A stretch of DNA of 38,168 nt from positions 107,463,195 through 107,501,362 of the forward strand of contig NC_068986.1 of NCBI RefSeq assembly GCF_001194135.2. The letters are read 5' to 3'. The first letter of the stretch is position 1. Each line of letters starts with the position of its first letter. Shown piece by piece: positions 10,427 through 22,407 of this stretch. The position numbers were made by a program, and so were the translations under genes. The DNA comes from Octopus bimaculoides. Taxonomy: Eukaryota. The notes beneath the pieces were generated by a model. That model ran no database searches. It was not told where the DNA came from and was given only the letters and a program-made list of their open reading frames with translations.

Positions 10427-10960
10427 CGATGTATGTATGTATGTACGCATGCATGTGTTTATGTATGTATTGGTTTGAAACATTGACAATAAGGTAGAAC
10501 AAGTTTGTAAAGAAAGGCGTAATTAAAAAAGAAATTGAAACGGTAAACAATAAGGTGAAACTGATACAAATAAATATTCACAAAAGCACGAAGGAAAGGA
10601 AAGTAACACTCCGTCTGGAAGGAAGCCAAACTATATAAGCGAGACTGGGATAAAAAAGACACCTGTTCTAAGAATGGAAATGGGTTTTAGCGAATTATAT
10701 TTAAAAAAAATATAAGCTCGATTAAAACAGGTTTATATAATCCACTTATATTTCGTTGACAACCAAGGTTTCTGTAAAATGAATATCTGACGTGACTCGT
10801 AGTTGAATAAAGCAAAATTTCTCACCAATACCCGATAAGTCCATAGATGAAAATTTCAGCTTTTTTTTTTTGTGTGTGTGTCTGTCTATCTGTGTCTGTC
10901 TGTCTGTATGTATGTATGTATGTCTCTGTCTGTCTGGCTTTCTAACTGCGTATAAGATGA

Positions 10961-11195
10961 AAGGCGGTGAGCTGGCAGAAACGTTAGCACGCCGGGTGAA
11001 ATGCTTAGCGGTATTTCGTCTGCCGTTACGTTCTGAGTTCAAATTCCGCCGAGGTCGACTTTGCCTTTCATCCTCTCGGAGTCGATAAATTAAGTACCAG
11101 TTACGTACTGGGGTCGATATAATCGACTTAATATACTTGTCTGTCCTTGTTTGTCTTCTCTATGTTTAGTTCCTTGTGGGCAATAAAGAAATAAG
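10961..11195 (+). mobile_element. Full-length tRNA-derived SINE (family A)
   Basis: A-box-like TGGCAGAAACGTT, B-box GAGTTCAAATTCC at 11035-11047, tail GGGCAATAAAGAAATAAG. Confidence 0.92.
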
Positions 11196-11269
11196 TATAA
11201 GACGAAATTCGTCAAATTAAAACATTATCCAGAGAAATGCGATGCATAAAACGGACTAAAAAATATCTG

Positions 11270-11596
11270 NNNNNNNNNNNNNNNNNNNNNNNNNNNNNNN
11301 NNNNNNNNNNNNNNNNNNNNNNNNNNNNNNNNNNNNNNNNNNNNNNNNNNNNNNNNNNNNNNNNNNNNNNNNNNNNNNNNNNNNNNNNNNNNNNNNNNNN
11401 NNNNNNNNNNNNNNNNNNNNNNNNNNNNNNNNNNNNNNNNNNNNNNNNNNNNNNNNNNNNNNNNNNNNNNNNNNNNNNNNNNNNNNNNNNNNNNNNNNNN
11501 NNNNNNNNNNNNNNNNNNNNNNNNNNNNNNNNNNNNNNNNNNNNNNNNNNNNNNNNNNNNNNNNNNNNNNNNNNNNNNNNNNNNNNNNNNNNNNNN
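11270..11596. other. Assembly gap (N run)
   Basis: Ns between two inverted SINEs. Confidence 1.
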
Positions 11597-11815
11597 CTAC
11601 AAGGGGCTACACACAGAGGGGACAAACAAGGACAAACAAACGGATTAAGTCGATTATATCGACCCCAGTGCGTAACTGGTACTTATTTAATCGACTCCGA
11701 AAGGATGAAAGGCAAAGTCGACCTCGGCGGAATTTGAACTCAGAACGTAGAGGCTGACGAAATACTGCTAAGCATTTCGCCCGGCGTGTTAACGTTTCTG
11801 CCAGCTCGCCGCCTT
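11597..11815 (-). mobile_element. tRNA-derived SINE (family A), 3' end cut by the gap
   Basis: Reverse complement is roughly 90% identical (by eye) to 10961-11180. Confidence 0.92.
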
Positions 11816-12419
11816 TGTGTGTGTGAGTGTGTGTGTGTCTGTGTGAGTCTGTCTGTCTGTATGTCTGCCTGTCTGTATTATGTATGTATGTATGTATGTA
11901 TGTATGTATGTATGTATATATGTATGTATGTATGTATGTATATCTCTGTCTCTCTGGCTTTCTAACTGCATTTGTTATCTCCATTGCATAACAACCGCTG
12001 TTGTTTCGTTTACTTCCCAATAACTTCAGAAGAACAGATACAATTAAGACCATACATAAAAAAAAATTTTAAAAAAACACTTCAGTGTGTTGCCCCAGTA
12101 TGGCCGCAACCTAATGAATGTAGCAAATAAGGAATAAATGATAGAACGTGGAGGTGTTTTAGGAATATTAAAAACAAATTCGAAACGTAGATTAAACTAC
12201 GGTATTTACACCTATACACAGCATGTACAGAATTATTCAACTAGACATGGGGAAATATATTAGGCAGTGTTGGAATCGCAATAGATAAAGAATGCAAAAA
12301 AAGAAAAAAACAGGACGAAACAGCATGTACTGCAAGCATGCAAAGATGCCGTGTGTGATGAAGCGACAGCATGCGTTAACATGAAAACTCTAGGAATACT
12401 AATAACAATATCTTGTGTG

Positions 12420-12470
12420 AGTAGTAGTAGTAGTAGCAGTAGTAGTAGTAGAAGTAGTAGTAGTAGTAGC

Positions 12471-12508
<38 letters not shown>

Positions 12509-12515
12509 CAGCAGC

Positions 12516-12550
<35 letters not shown>

Positions 12551-12557
12551 CAGCAGC

Positions 12558-12594
<37 letters not shown>

Positions 12595-12615
12595 AGTAGT
12601 AGTAGTAGTAGTAGC
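12420..12615. repeat. (TAG)n/(CAG)n microsatellite
   Basis: Direct reading. Confidence 0.97.
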
Positions 12616-15600
12616 NNNNNNNNNNNNNNNNNNNNNNNNNNNNNNNNNNNNNNNNNNNNNNNNNNNNNNNNNNNNNNNNNNNNNNNNNNNNNNNNNNNNN
12701 NNNNNNNGTGGAGGAGGAGGAATAATCATTTGTTTTCTTTCCATCAAAATGATATATGAGAGTGTATGTATGTATGTATGTATGTATGTATGTATGTATG
12801 TATGTATGTATGTTTGCATGTATGTATGTATGTATGTATGTATTATGTATGTACGTGGTTGCACAGGCGTGGGTATTAAAAAAAAATCATAGTCTTTGTG
12901 AAGGCGAAGATGTTAGGTTTTAATAAATATATCAATGTTGGCAACGATGCATGTTATGGCGTTCGTGTGGGCTCCTCTCTGTCTCTATTAATCATTTGAT
13001 GTGATAAAGAAAGCTGTAAAAATTCCGTGTTATTGTGAGAAAGAAAAAATGAGAAACACAATGATGAAACATGCAGGCATTTGGAGTAGTTTAACTTCAG
13101 AAATTAAAATCAGTAATGCTAAAGGAGTAGCACTACAAGCGCTAACATATCTGCTGTTTAGATTATCACGAACAAAGAACGTGAGCTGGTTGAACAAAGA
13201 GCCATATTTTCAATTCTTTTCCATCGTAACAGATCATAGTTGTATAGGATTGGCTATTTGATGGTTTTATTCTGACGTAAGAAATTATTGCTATTAAGCA
13301 TTTTATTAAAACCTTGTAAGAAATCATTATCACGATGCCTCATGTATTCATTTTTAATTTGTTCTGACGCTTTCGAACATAAATATACTAATCACTGTTG
13401 TATTTCGCCAGACGAAAACAATCTCTCCTTTACGACGAACGTGTGTTGATAACACACTCGATTCATTAATACAAAGGCGTTCTAATACTAATGAATTTAG
13501 TGTGTTATGAATACACATCCGTCTGAAAGAAGGTGTTGTTATTTTATGACGAAACAAACAGCAATCTGTATATTCACGCTCGAATCTGTCGGAACGTAGT
13601 AAGAGTGAATACGCAAGCCCTTGGTTTGAGTTCCGCAGTTCAACGGGTACAGGACGATTTAAAATTAATAAATGTTTAAGCATTAACACCTACAGATGGA
13701 GATTATAATATAAATAGAATGTACTCGTCATACTTAAGAATATAATTTTGCCACCTTTGGTAACAGCAGGAAATATGACATTCATGCGATAAGAGCAAGA
13801 AATGACGTCTATGCCTTAATCATATTTTTACTTTCATCAAATTCTTTGGTGCTTATATAAAGTGATAAATTGAATACTAATTTTCAAATGAAAAATAATT
13901 TTGCCTTAAAATGAAATAAGATAAATATCACATACGTGTATTTGCAGTAAATACATGGTATTATTTTTCTGAATTTTACCAACATAATTCCAATCTACTC
14001 CATCTGAAACCTATCTTTGCAAAATTCCATTAAAATATGCGCAATTATCTGAAAGGTGTCATTGCCTGCCACCAAGTCTCTTATGCGCATTCATCCTGCA
14101 TCTTTTATCTATCATACTCTCTTTATATCTCTTTTTTTTATTCTCTTTCCTTCGCTCTCTATAAGATGTAAAGCTTTACTGGCGATATGAACCAACCAGC
14201 CAACTAACGAACCAACTAACCAGCGAACCAAACCACATTTATATCGGCTATTATTATACATCGAGATTAAGTGATCCATTATCTGAGTGTTAATGCTGTT
14301 TGCCATGAAGTGGTATCGGAGAAAAACCGCTGATGCTATTTGGTTTCTAACTTGCTATTCTCTGAGGAATTCTTAGGCAATATTGCCATACATTTGATGA
14401 CGATTTTCCGTTAGTGAGCAAAGTCTGATATTATGTTTGTTACGATTGTGACCGTAAGATAAATTAATCACCGTAAAGTATTCCAATCCGCATTTACGCT
14501 GCTGCTCCACCTAAAGCGTAGTACACTTACTTCGTATTGTACCCTTTGGTTAAGAAATTGAATTTTTCAATTAATAAATACTTAAATTTCTGTAGAAAAA
14601 TCGGGTTGTCAGAGATATTCGCTCATTCATTTTTTCCCCCATTTATTTTAACCCTTTCCAATGTTATCCGAATTAACAAGAGACAGACATATTTATCCTG
14701 TAGTGTTTCATGGCTTTTTGTAGCTCTATTCTTTCCTTCTACAACTTGCAAGAAGAAAAAATCGAACGAGATTATCTGACAACACAATATTTATGACTTT
14801 CGTTCTCATCAGATATGCAGAAACATATATTCTTTGCATTTGAAAGTGTAACTACAAACTGGCACAAACGAAATATATCTATATACAAAATTATTACCAC
14901 TATGAATCATTTAAGCTAATTAGGTTCTGTTTTGTTTTGCTTATTCATTTTAAAAAAATGCTTCCTTATTCTTTCAAATCCCTAAACATCATACGCACAT
15001 ATGAATGCATGCAAATATGTATGCATATTTGGGAACATGCGCAAAGATAGAGAAACACACATACTGTGTGTGCGCACGCACGAGCGCCTGTGTGTGGTAT
15101 ATTCATAGGGAATGAAGGGAAACAACTCACAAATCATGCGTTCTAAGATCCAATGACGTCATACACAGCCCTATAAAATGTGTTTTCACAAATGTCTAGG
15201 CGGAGAATTTTCTTCGGAGCGAAAAGTCGTATCCTGTCCGAATGCTAGCGAAAATTTTAAATATGACTTTGTATGAATAATTCATTCAACGCTGTTTCAT
15301 GCGGCATTGTTTACTCACATGCAAAGAAACACTTTTGCATGTTTATCATATTTTAACAATACCTTTGATGGCTCGAAGCCGTAATCATTTAGTCAACTAT
15401 GTTATCAATGATTTTGCGAACCTCAGTCTATAAAGATTGATAATAAGGCAATCATTTATCCCTCCAACTTTCACAATAATGAAAGGTAGAAATCTAAAGA
15501 CATAGTCCAGATGAAGCAGCTGTAGATTTTTCGTCAGCTGGGAATAAATGTCTTTTTTTTAACTAATTTTTAACGTTATGTTAATACGTGCTGATCAATT

Positions 15601-16515
15601 GATTTCAACTACCGCACATAATTTCTATCCTCGACCATTAATTCTACTTGCCACTTTTGTTGGAAGTTATGACAAGATATTCAACCAATATTCTTTCATC
15701 TTATGAGTAATCTTGCTCTGTACACTAATGCATATTCTAATGTTTGCTGGCTTGAGATTATCTTTTCGACGGATTTCCTTGACATTTTCCTTCAACTACT
15801 TATAACCTGGTTGACATCCTCAGCGTTAATTTTGCAAAATCAGCACATATGTATGTATTGATACGCGTATGTGGTATGTGTACCTACATAATTATTTACC
15901 TACCATTCCATCTATCTGTCAAACTATAAGTCTATCTATCTGTCCATCTATATATATATATATATATATNNNNNNNNNNAAATCTTGCAAGGGAATTTGG
16001 TATTTGGAAACTGAAAGAAGCTTGTTGCATAAACATACAAACAAACATCCATACATATATACATTCTTCAATATATTCATACGTCAATCGGTATATTAAC
16101 ATGTGTTCTCACTTCCCCACTATTGCACTTTTGGTACATAGTTATTGTTTTAGAGACGAATGCATTTGCAGACATAGCTAAACACATGTCACAAACGGAA
16201 TCAGAAATTTTAGTTCATTTGCGGCTTGTTGAAAGATAACGCATTTCATCTGGAATTTACTGTCAGAAGATACGGAATGTAAGCACATATTTTCCACTCT
16301 AGATTTTGCTAAAGGGATAAAATATGTTCATTCATTGTTGTTGTTGTTTGTCGCCTAAGCTGGTGTGTCTCAAACGTTAGGTCAGTTTTTGGTTTGCTTT
16401 CGTTATTAGAAATCTGTTGTTGCTAATTTTATTGTTGCATATTGTGTCTAATTTGACAGGAAACATAAGGGTCAGATCAACAGTTTCTGTTACTTACCCT
16501 ACGGGGAAAAATTTT

Positions 16516-16891
16516 GTAAAGAAGATATTTCTATTCGAAGCGTGATTTTGCGTTCAGTCCTACTGCTTAGTAGCTTGGGCAAGTGTCTCCTAATATGGCC
16601 TCGGGTCGACCAAAGTGTTGTGAGATGATATGGTAGACAGGAACTGAAAGAAGACTATCGTATGTGTGTGCGTGTGTGTGTGTGTATATGTTTGTGTGTC
16701 TGTTTTTGTCCCCCAACATCGCTTGACAACCGATGCTGGAGTGTTTACGTTCCCGTAACTTTGCGGTTCGGCAAAAGAGACCGATAGAATAAGTACTAGG
16801 CTTACAAAGAATAAGTCCTGGGTTCGACTAAATGCGGTGCTCCAGCATGGCCGCAGTCAAATGACTGAAACAAGTAAAAGAGTAAAGAGTA
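16516..16891 (+). mobile_element. tRNA-derived SINE (family C) with internal (TG)n
   Basis: Degenerate head (gcgttcagtcc...cttgggcaagtgtct...ggaactgaaagaag), internal (TG)n, body and tail ...ccagcatggccgcagtcaaatgactgaaacaagtaaaagagtaaagag. Head and tail pieces recur at 35062-35216, 34555-34665 and 7066-7160. Confidence 0.85.
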
Positions 16892-17179
16892 TCCACAGCA
16901 ACAACAATAGTAACAACAATAGCAACAACAAAAACCAGAACACCACCGCCAATGATAACAGATGAGAAAGACAACATGCGAAAGGAATCCGCCATGACCA
17001 CCACCTCTTCATGATTGTAACATCTGCATGATTGTTACAGTTACTTGCCGCCGAGACACACCCAGCGTCCTTGAGTGAGTGAAGGATAAGAGATGTTACT
17101 GTATGACTAAAAGCTTGGGCGAGGAAGTAGCAGCGGCAGCACCGAAATATTTTCATGTAATACAACACAGACATAAATT

Positions 17180-17945
17180 AATAGGGCTTTTCAAAAGATG
17201 TGGGCAGTACTTGTTAGCACAATATTTTAGATTTCTCTGAGATATTGTTCTCCAGGGATATTATCTTAACTGTTTTTGGTATACTTTCTTATCATACCTA
17301 GAGTACCCACAATAACAGAAATAGATCTTGCTTTAAGATGCCACATTTTGTGTATTTCAATTTACAGATCTTTATATTTACTTGATTTATCAAATTCTTT
17401 TCCAGATATATTTTTATCAGTGGGAACAATTACATCTATTAGTCTACAAGTATTTTCTTTCCAGTCTTTAATGACTATGTCTGGTCGATTAACCTACATT
17501 GTTCTGTCATTGTTGACTGGAAAATCCCAGAGGATAGTGACATTTTTACCTTCAATAACTGGCTGAGAATGATGTTTATACCAGTAAGCAGGAGTGCTGA
17601 TTTTGTAGTGTTTACATATTTTCCAATGTACATATTGTCCTACATTATCGTGGCGATTTTTGTATTCATTTGATATCAGCACAGGACATCCCGAGACGAG
17701 ATGGTCTATTGTTCCATCAAATGTATCACAGAATTTGCATTTAGGGTCAGAACTGTTTTGAAGAACGTTAACCTGGTAGTTTTTGGTAAGCATGCTTTGA
17801 TCTTATTCCGCTAATGTGAAATCTTCGGTCTCTGGTTTTAGCCCTGCGCTTCTTAGCCACTGATGGGTTGTTGCTTGGTCTACATCAGCATTTTGGCTTC
17901 TGGCTCCACCGCTCCTCAATTTGTTTCTGCCCCTTCTTTTTTCAG
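17180..17945 (-). mobile_element. R4/Dong-like RLE non-LTR retrotransposon, 3' coding fragment
   Basis: QWLRSAGLKPETEDFTLAE*DQSMLTKNY...CKFCDTFDGTIDHLVSGC (CCHC knuckle)...RHDNVGQYVHWKIC...ILWDFPV.NDRT..NRPDIVI...IDV (PD-(D/E)xK-type endonuclease)...KMWHLK...IVGTLG...TAHIL, with in-frame stops. Confidence 0.9.
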
Positions 17946-17947
17946 TC

Positions 17948-17985
17948 TTATTATCATTATTATTATTATTATTATTATTATTGCA

Positions 17986-18030
<45 letters not shown>
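17948..18030. repeat. (TAT)n microsatellite
   Basis: Direct reading. Confidence 0.97.
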
Positions 18031-18031
<1 letters not shown>

Positions 18032-18032
<1 letters not shown>

Positions 18033-18240
18033 AGTGGCGAGCTGGCTGAATCGTTAGCATGCCAGGCGAAATGCTTAGCAGTATTTCGTCTGCCTTCTGA
18101 ATTCAGATTCCGCCGAGGTCGACTTTGCCTTTCATCTTTTCGGGGTCGATAAATTAAGTAGCAATGAAACACTGCGGTCGATGTAATCAACGCATCCCTT
18201 CCCCCTAAATTGCTGCCCTTGTGGCAAAATTTTAAACCAT
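18032..18240 (+). mobile_element. tRNA-derived SINE (family B) inserted in (TAT)n
   Basis: Same head as family A (GGCGAGCTGGCTGAATCGTTAGC...ATTCCGCCGAGGTCGAC) with a different tail (CCCCTAAATTGCTGCCCTTGTGGCAAAATTTTAAACC). TAT repeats on both sides. Confidence 0.9.
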
Positions 18241-18830
18241 AATTATTATTATTATTCATTCGTTCATTCATTCATTCATTCAGATCCTTCTGCAGAGCAG
18301 TTGAGTATGTCGATTCTAAAAACGTATGTGTATATGACAATATATTCAGGAATAAAAGAATTCCAGATATTTTTCAAATAAATCATATTTGACTGAAAAA
18401 AAAATGTTTAAATTTTCTTGTTCTGCACACTTCTTTTACGTTGCTACATAAGTCGCCAGTATCCACATCAGTTCCATTGACAACTTAAGTCACAAAATGG
18501 CATGAAAATATATTCATTGATCCATATTGTAAAGCTCTCATGTTTGCATTTTATCTTTGAAGAAGTTGGTTCCTTGAAGAAGTTGTATTGTTGAAGGAGT
18601 TGTGTAAACTACGTTGAGTAATATTAATGGCGTTCTCTTTCCTAGAAACTTTATTATTCATCTGCCATAATTCTCTGCAAAACTTCAAAAGAATTTATGT
18701 TAGTTATAGTCGCATAACACCAGGTCAGCTCTGATTGAGCAGTCCTATATGATCAAAAGCATTCCAACCATGAGTGTAGACACACACACATATATACACA
18801 CACGCATATACATATATATATATATATATA

Positions 18831-19588
18831 NNNNNNNNNNNNNNNNNNNNNNNNNNNNNNNNNNNNNNNNNNNNNNNNNNNNNNNNNNNNNNNNNNNNNN
18901 NNNNNNNNNNNNNNNNNNNNNNNNNNNNNNNNNNNNNNNNNNNNNNNNNNNNNNNNNNNNNNNNNNNNNNNNNNNNNNNNNNNNNNNNNNNNNNNNNNNN
19001 NNNNNNNNNNNNNNNNNNNNNNNNNNNNNNNNNNNNNNNNNNNNNNNNNNNNNNNNNNNNNNNNNNNNNNNNNNNNNNNNNNNNNNNNNNNNNNNNNNNN
19101 NNNNNNNNNNNNNNNNNNNNNNNNNNNNNNNNNNNNNNNNNNNNNNNNNNNNNNNNNNNNNNNNNNNNNNNNNNNNNNNNNNNNNNNNNNNNNNNNNNNN
19201 NNNNNNNNNNNNNNNNNNNNNNNNNNNNNNNNNNNNNNNNNNNNNNNNNNNNNNNNNNNNNNNNNNNNNNNNNNNNNNNNNNNNNNNNNNNNNNNNNNNN
19301 NNNNNNNNNNNNNNNNNNNNNNNNNNNNNNNNNNNNNNNNNNNNNNNNNNNNNNNNNNNNNNNNNNNNNNNNNNNNNNNNNNNNNNNNNNNNNNNNNNNN
19401 NNNNNNNNNNNNNNNNNNNNNNNNNNNNNNNNNNNNNNNNNNNNNNNNNNNNNNNNNNNNNNNNNNNNNNNNNNNNNNNNNNNNNNNNNNNNNNNNNNNN
19501 NNNNNNNNNNNNNNNNNNNNNNNNNNNNNNNNNNNNNNNNNNNNNNNNNNNNNNNNNNNNNNNNNNNNNNNNNNNNNNNNNNNNNNNN
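18831..19588. other. Assembly gap (N run)
   Basis: Ns flanked by (TA)n on both sides. Confidence 1.
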
Positions 19589-19641
<53 letters not shown>

Positions 19642-20199
19642 GTGGGTACAGGCCGTCATCAACTGTAAACAATATGGAGTACGAAAACAAGCGAGTTAAA
19701 TACGCAAACAACGAGAGAAAATATAAAAACAAGACAAGTAACATAAAGAACGACCCTCCATTAGTTTTGGCTGTCTATTTACTCCTCATTTCGAGCATTC
19801 AACGACGATATGAGTCTTCGAAGGCAGTTGCTCCCATAACTTCCAAAATAAATTTTGGATTTTACGGAGAGTCAGTTTGGAACACAAACAGGACAGTGGA
19901 AACATACAAGGAAACTGAACGAAAACAAACATGGAGGGTCGTTAGACCAGAACGAGGGGGGAAATAGTGAACGCTGAAAGAAATATTTGCTTTGAAAATA
20001 GAAAAGATAGAAGAGAGTGATAGAAGACGTCCAGTCCCTAGAACGTCGTGTAGGAAAAGAAAGGTAGACGATGGTCACGTGTGAGCAACGAGAGAGAAAA
20101 GGAGAAAGAGGGGGAGAGAGAGACAGATAGAAAACGGTGAAGGAGAGAAAAAGGGAATACATATACGACATATATGTAAATATATATCTGTGTATATAA

Positions 20200-20850
20200 C
20201 TGTATTTCTAGGGTGATGTCTCTCCTATTCCTTACCGCCTTATGGAAACTACCGAAAGCAACGCTCGGTTTAGAGAGCTTGACATTACCTCGTCATCAAT
20301 GACAATATTTCTGGCGAATTTGCTCCCATGATGTGTAAACTTATCCACTGCATTCAGTCATTGCACATTCATGGTGACGGTGGGGCCAGCGTGAAGTTTT
20401 CCATGGGTTGACTGATGCTTCCTTCTTCTTTGTACTGATCGTCAGACCAAAGCTGTTGCAAACCCCAAAGAATATTACCGCTTCGCAGATAGCATTGGAG
20501 GCACCATCAGCAAACTAGAAATCATTAAAGATGCTTTGTCATAGCCTTGATTTTGCAAGCCATCAGTGCTGTATTTGATGCTAGTGACTACGTGTTTGTC
20601 TTTGAAAGCATACGTCAGCATGACTGAAAACAGGAGACTGAACAGATTGGCAGTAAGGACGAACACAACCCTGCTTCATCCCATTTGATTCATGAAATAG
20701 CTCAAATATTTCGTTGCTGCCTTGGACTCTGACCAACATACCATCATGTAGCTGTTGTAAAATGTCAATGAATTTCCTGATACAGCTGTAAAACGCAGTG
20801 ATACTCCAAAAGCCATATCTGCCAACAGCGTCAAATGCCTTGAGATACAG
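20200..20850 (-). mobile_element. RTE-clade LINE reverse transcriptase fragment (inverted segment)
   Basis: KAFDAVGRYGFW...KFIDILQQLHDGMLVRVQ...NGMKQGCV / LTANLFSLLFSVMLTYAF...YSTDG...DF(L)FADG...FGLTISTKK...VDKFTH.GS...IVIDDEV...AFGSFHK...RRDITLEIQ, with frameshifts. Confidence 0.88.
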
Positions 20851-21063
20851 GCCAAAGTGTATCGGGCTATAATTCTCATCTCTCTACACAATGGCTGTCA
20901 AACATGGATGGCCTACCAACGTCATGCAAAGGAACGGAACCACTTACACACCAACCACCTCAGAAAACATCTTGACATAAAGTGGCAAAAGGAAACCTCT
21001 GACATCAGGGTACCAACCCGTGCTCCTCTGCCTAATATCTACACAATCCTGAAGCAGTCACAG
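20842..21063 (+). mobile_element. RTE-clade LINE continuation (non-inverted segment)
   Basis: EIQAKVYRAIILISLHNGCQTWMAYQRHAKERNHLHTNHLRKHLDIKWQKETSDIRVPTRAPLPNIYTILKQSQ matches RTE K.KVYRAVV...LLYG.ETW..Y.RH...L..FH...LR..L.I.WQD...EVL.RA.LPSI. Confidence 0.88.
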
Positions 21064-21707
21064 TATTTTCAGATATATAGCAAAGCTGGTTTTACAGAAA
21101 TTAGTAGGGATTTGAAAGACATTAGGCCATGAAGTTGAGTTTGAATCGGTTATTTCTTCTCTTTTCAGAATTACAGGAAACACTTCCGAATAAAGACGGA
21201 AAGAGCCGTCAATGTACGAGTTATCGTGACATTGATTTCTCTCTTTTTCTTACTATTTCAAGGCTAAAACTCTCGGAGCTTACAAAAAGGAAGACTTTGG
21301 GCGGACTTAATCTATTTGGTAATCACAGATTATCCATTAATACCTCCTCCTCATAGGAGTATTCCTCTGCATGTGCAATAGCTTTTACATATTTTAATCT
21401 TTTCAGTCTGTATCATAGGGAAAGTTGCATTAATGAGATTTTTAACAACATTAGTACGTATGTAGTGTTAATAAGATAGAATGTAGAAACTTCAGTGAAA
21501 TTTGACTATTATTTTTAGCAGATAAAACGACTCCGAGGGGCTTCTTTCAAAAGGTCTGCAGTTACGAGTCTTTATTAATTGCTGTTATCTCTTCTTTCAT
21601 CAGTAAGACTGTACTAATACTTCACTTATAGTATTTATTTCCAGGTAAATATTTCACCTGCTTCCGAGAACGGATTAGTATGTTTCTGTTCAGTTGAATT
21701 ACAAACG

Positions 21708-21729
21708 CATACATACATACATACATACA

Positions 21730-21760
<31 letters not shown>

Positions 21761-21781
21761 GTGTGTGGGTGTGTGTATGTT

Positions 21782-21846
<65 letters not shown>

Positions 21847-21878
21847 GTAGGTAGGTAGGTAGGTAGGTAGGTAGGTAG
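21708..21878. repeat. (CATA)n, (GATA)n and (GGTA)n microsatellite block
   Basis: Direct reading. Confidence 0.97.
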
Positions 21879-22156
21879 GCAAGCAGGCAGACAGATACAT
21901 TCGTTACGTAAATTACATATATACATGTATGTGATTTGTATATATGTGTGTATGTCTATGTATGTAGTGTGCTGCGTGGGTGTTTTAAATCTATGGTTGT
22001 GTGCATGAATACATACGTAAATGGGTAAATACAAACATACAGGGAGAGGGGGAGAGGAAGACAGAACAAAGTATTTTTTATTCTATACTTTAGTAGTGTA
22101 AGAATTTATCATTCTTAGATAAAAAATATTATTGACAGTGAATTTAATGTGCGTAC

Positions 22157-22203
<47 letters not shown>

Positions 22204-22207
22204 TTCA

Positions 22208-22342
22208 CCATGATAGATCGCTAGCCACTACACATTCTTTACTTTAAAAACGTGGTCTCCTTGTTTCTTTCTGTGTTCCTTTCTGTGGAAGAGCGTAGGC
22301 TCGAAACGTTAAAGACTTTTTCACTTCCCGGGCGTTAAACTA
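22208..22342 (+). mobile_element. Repeat family E copy containing an HHR-like fold
   Basis: Reverse-complement match to 26160-26278 and 10340-10426. Confidence 0.8.
22279..22314 (+). ncRNA. Hammerhead-like motif with variant core CTGTGGA
   Basis: CTTT-CTGTGGA-A-GAGC-GTAG-GCTC-GAAA-CG-TT-AAAG: stems I and II intact, palindromic AACGTT in place of stem III, A6 replaced by U. Confidence 0.55.
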
Positions 22343-22352
22343 NNNNNNNNNN

Positions 22353-22407
<55 letters not shown>

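Noticed and set aside
12160-12200. GAAT..ATTC-GAAACGTA
   Set aside because: No CTGANGA or stem I complement upstream.
18255-18720. Possible LINE 3' end on the minus strand with a (TGAA)n tail
   Set aside because: Only the tail repeat and a CPFC-like string; no convincing protein motif.
21169-21318. Possible 150-nt phase-1 exon with a strong polypyrimidine acceptor (TTCTTCTCTTTTCAG) and a GTAATC donor
   Set aside because: The peptide is not recognisable and no coherent partner exons were found; needs RNA-seq or tBLASTn support.
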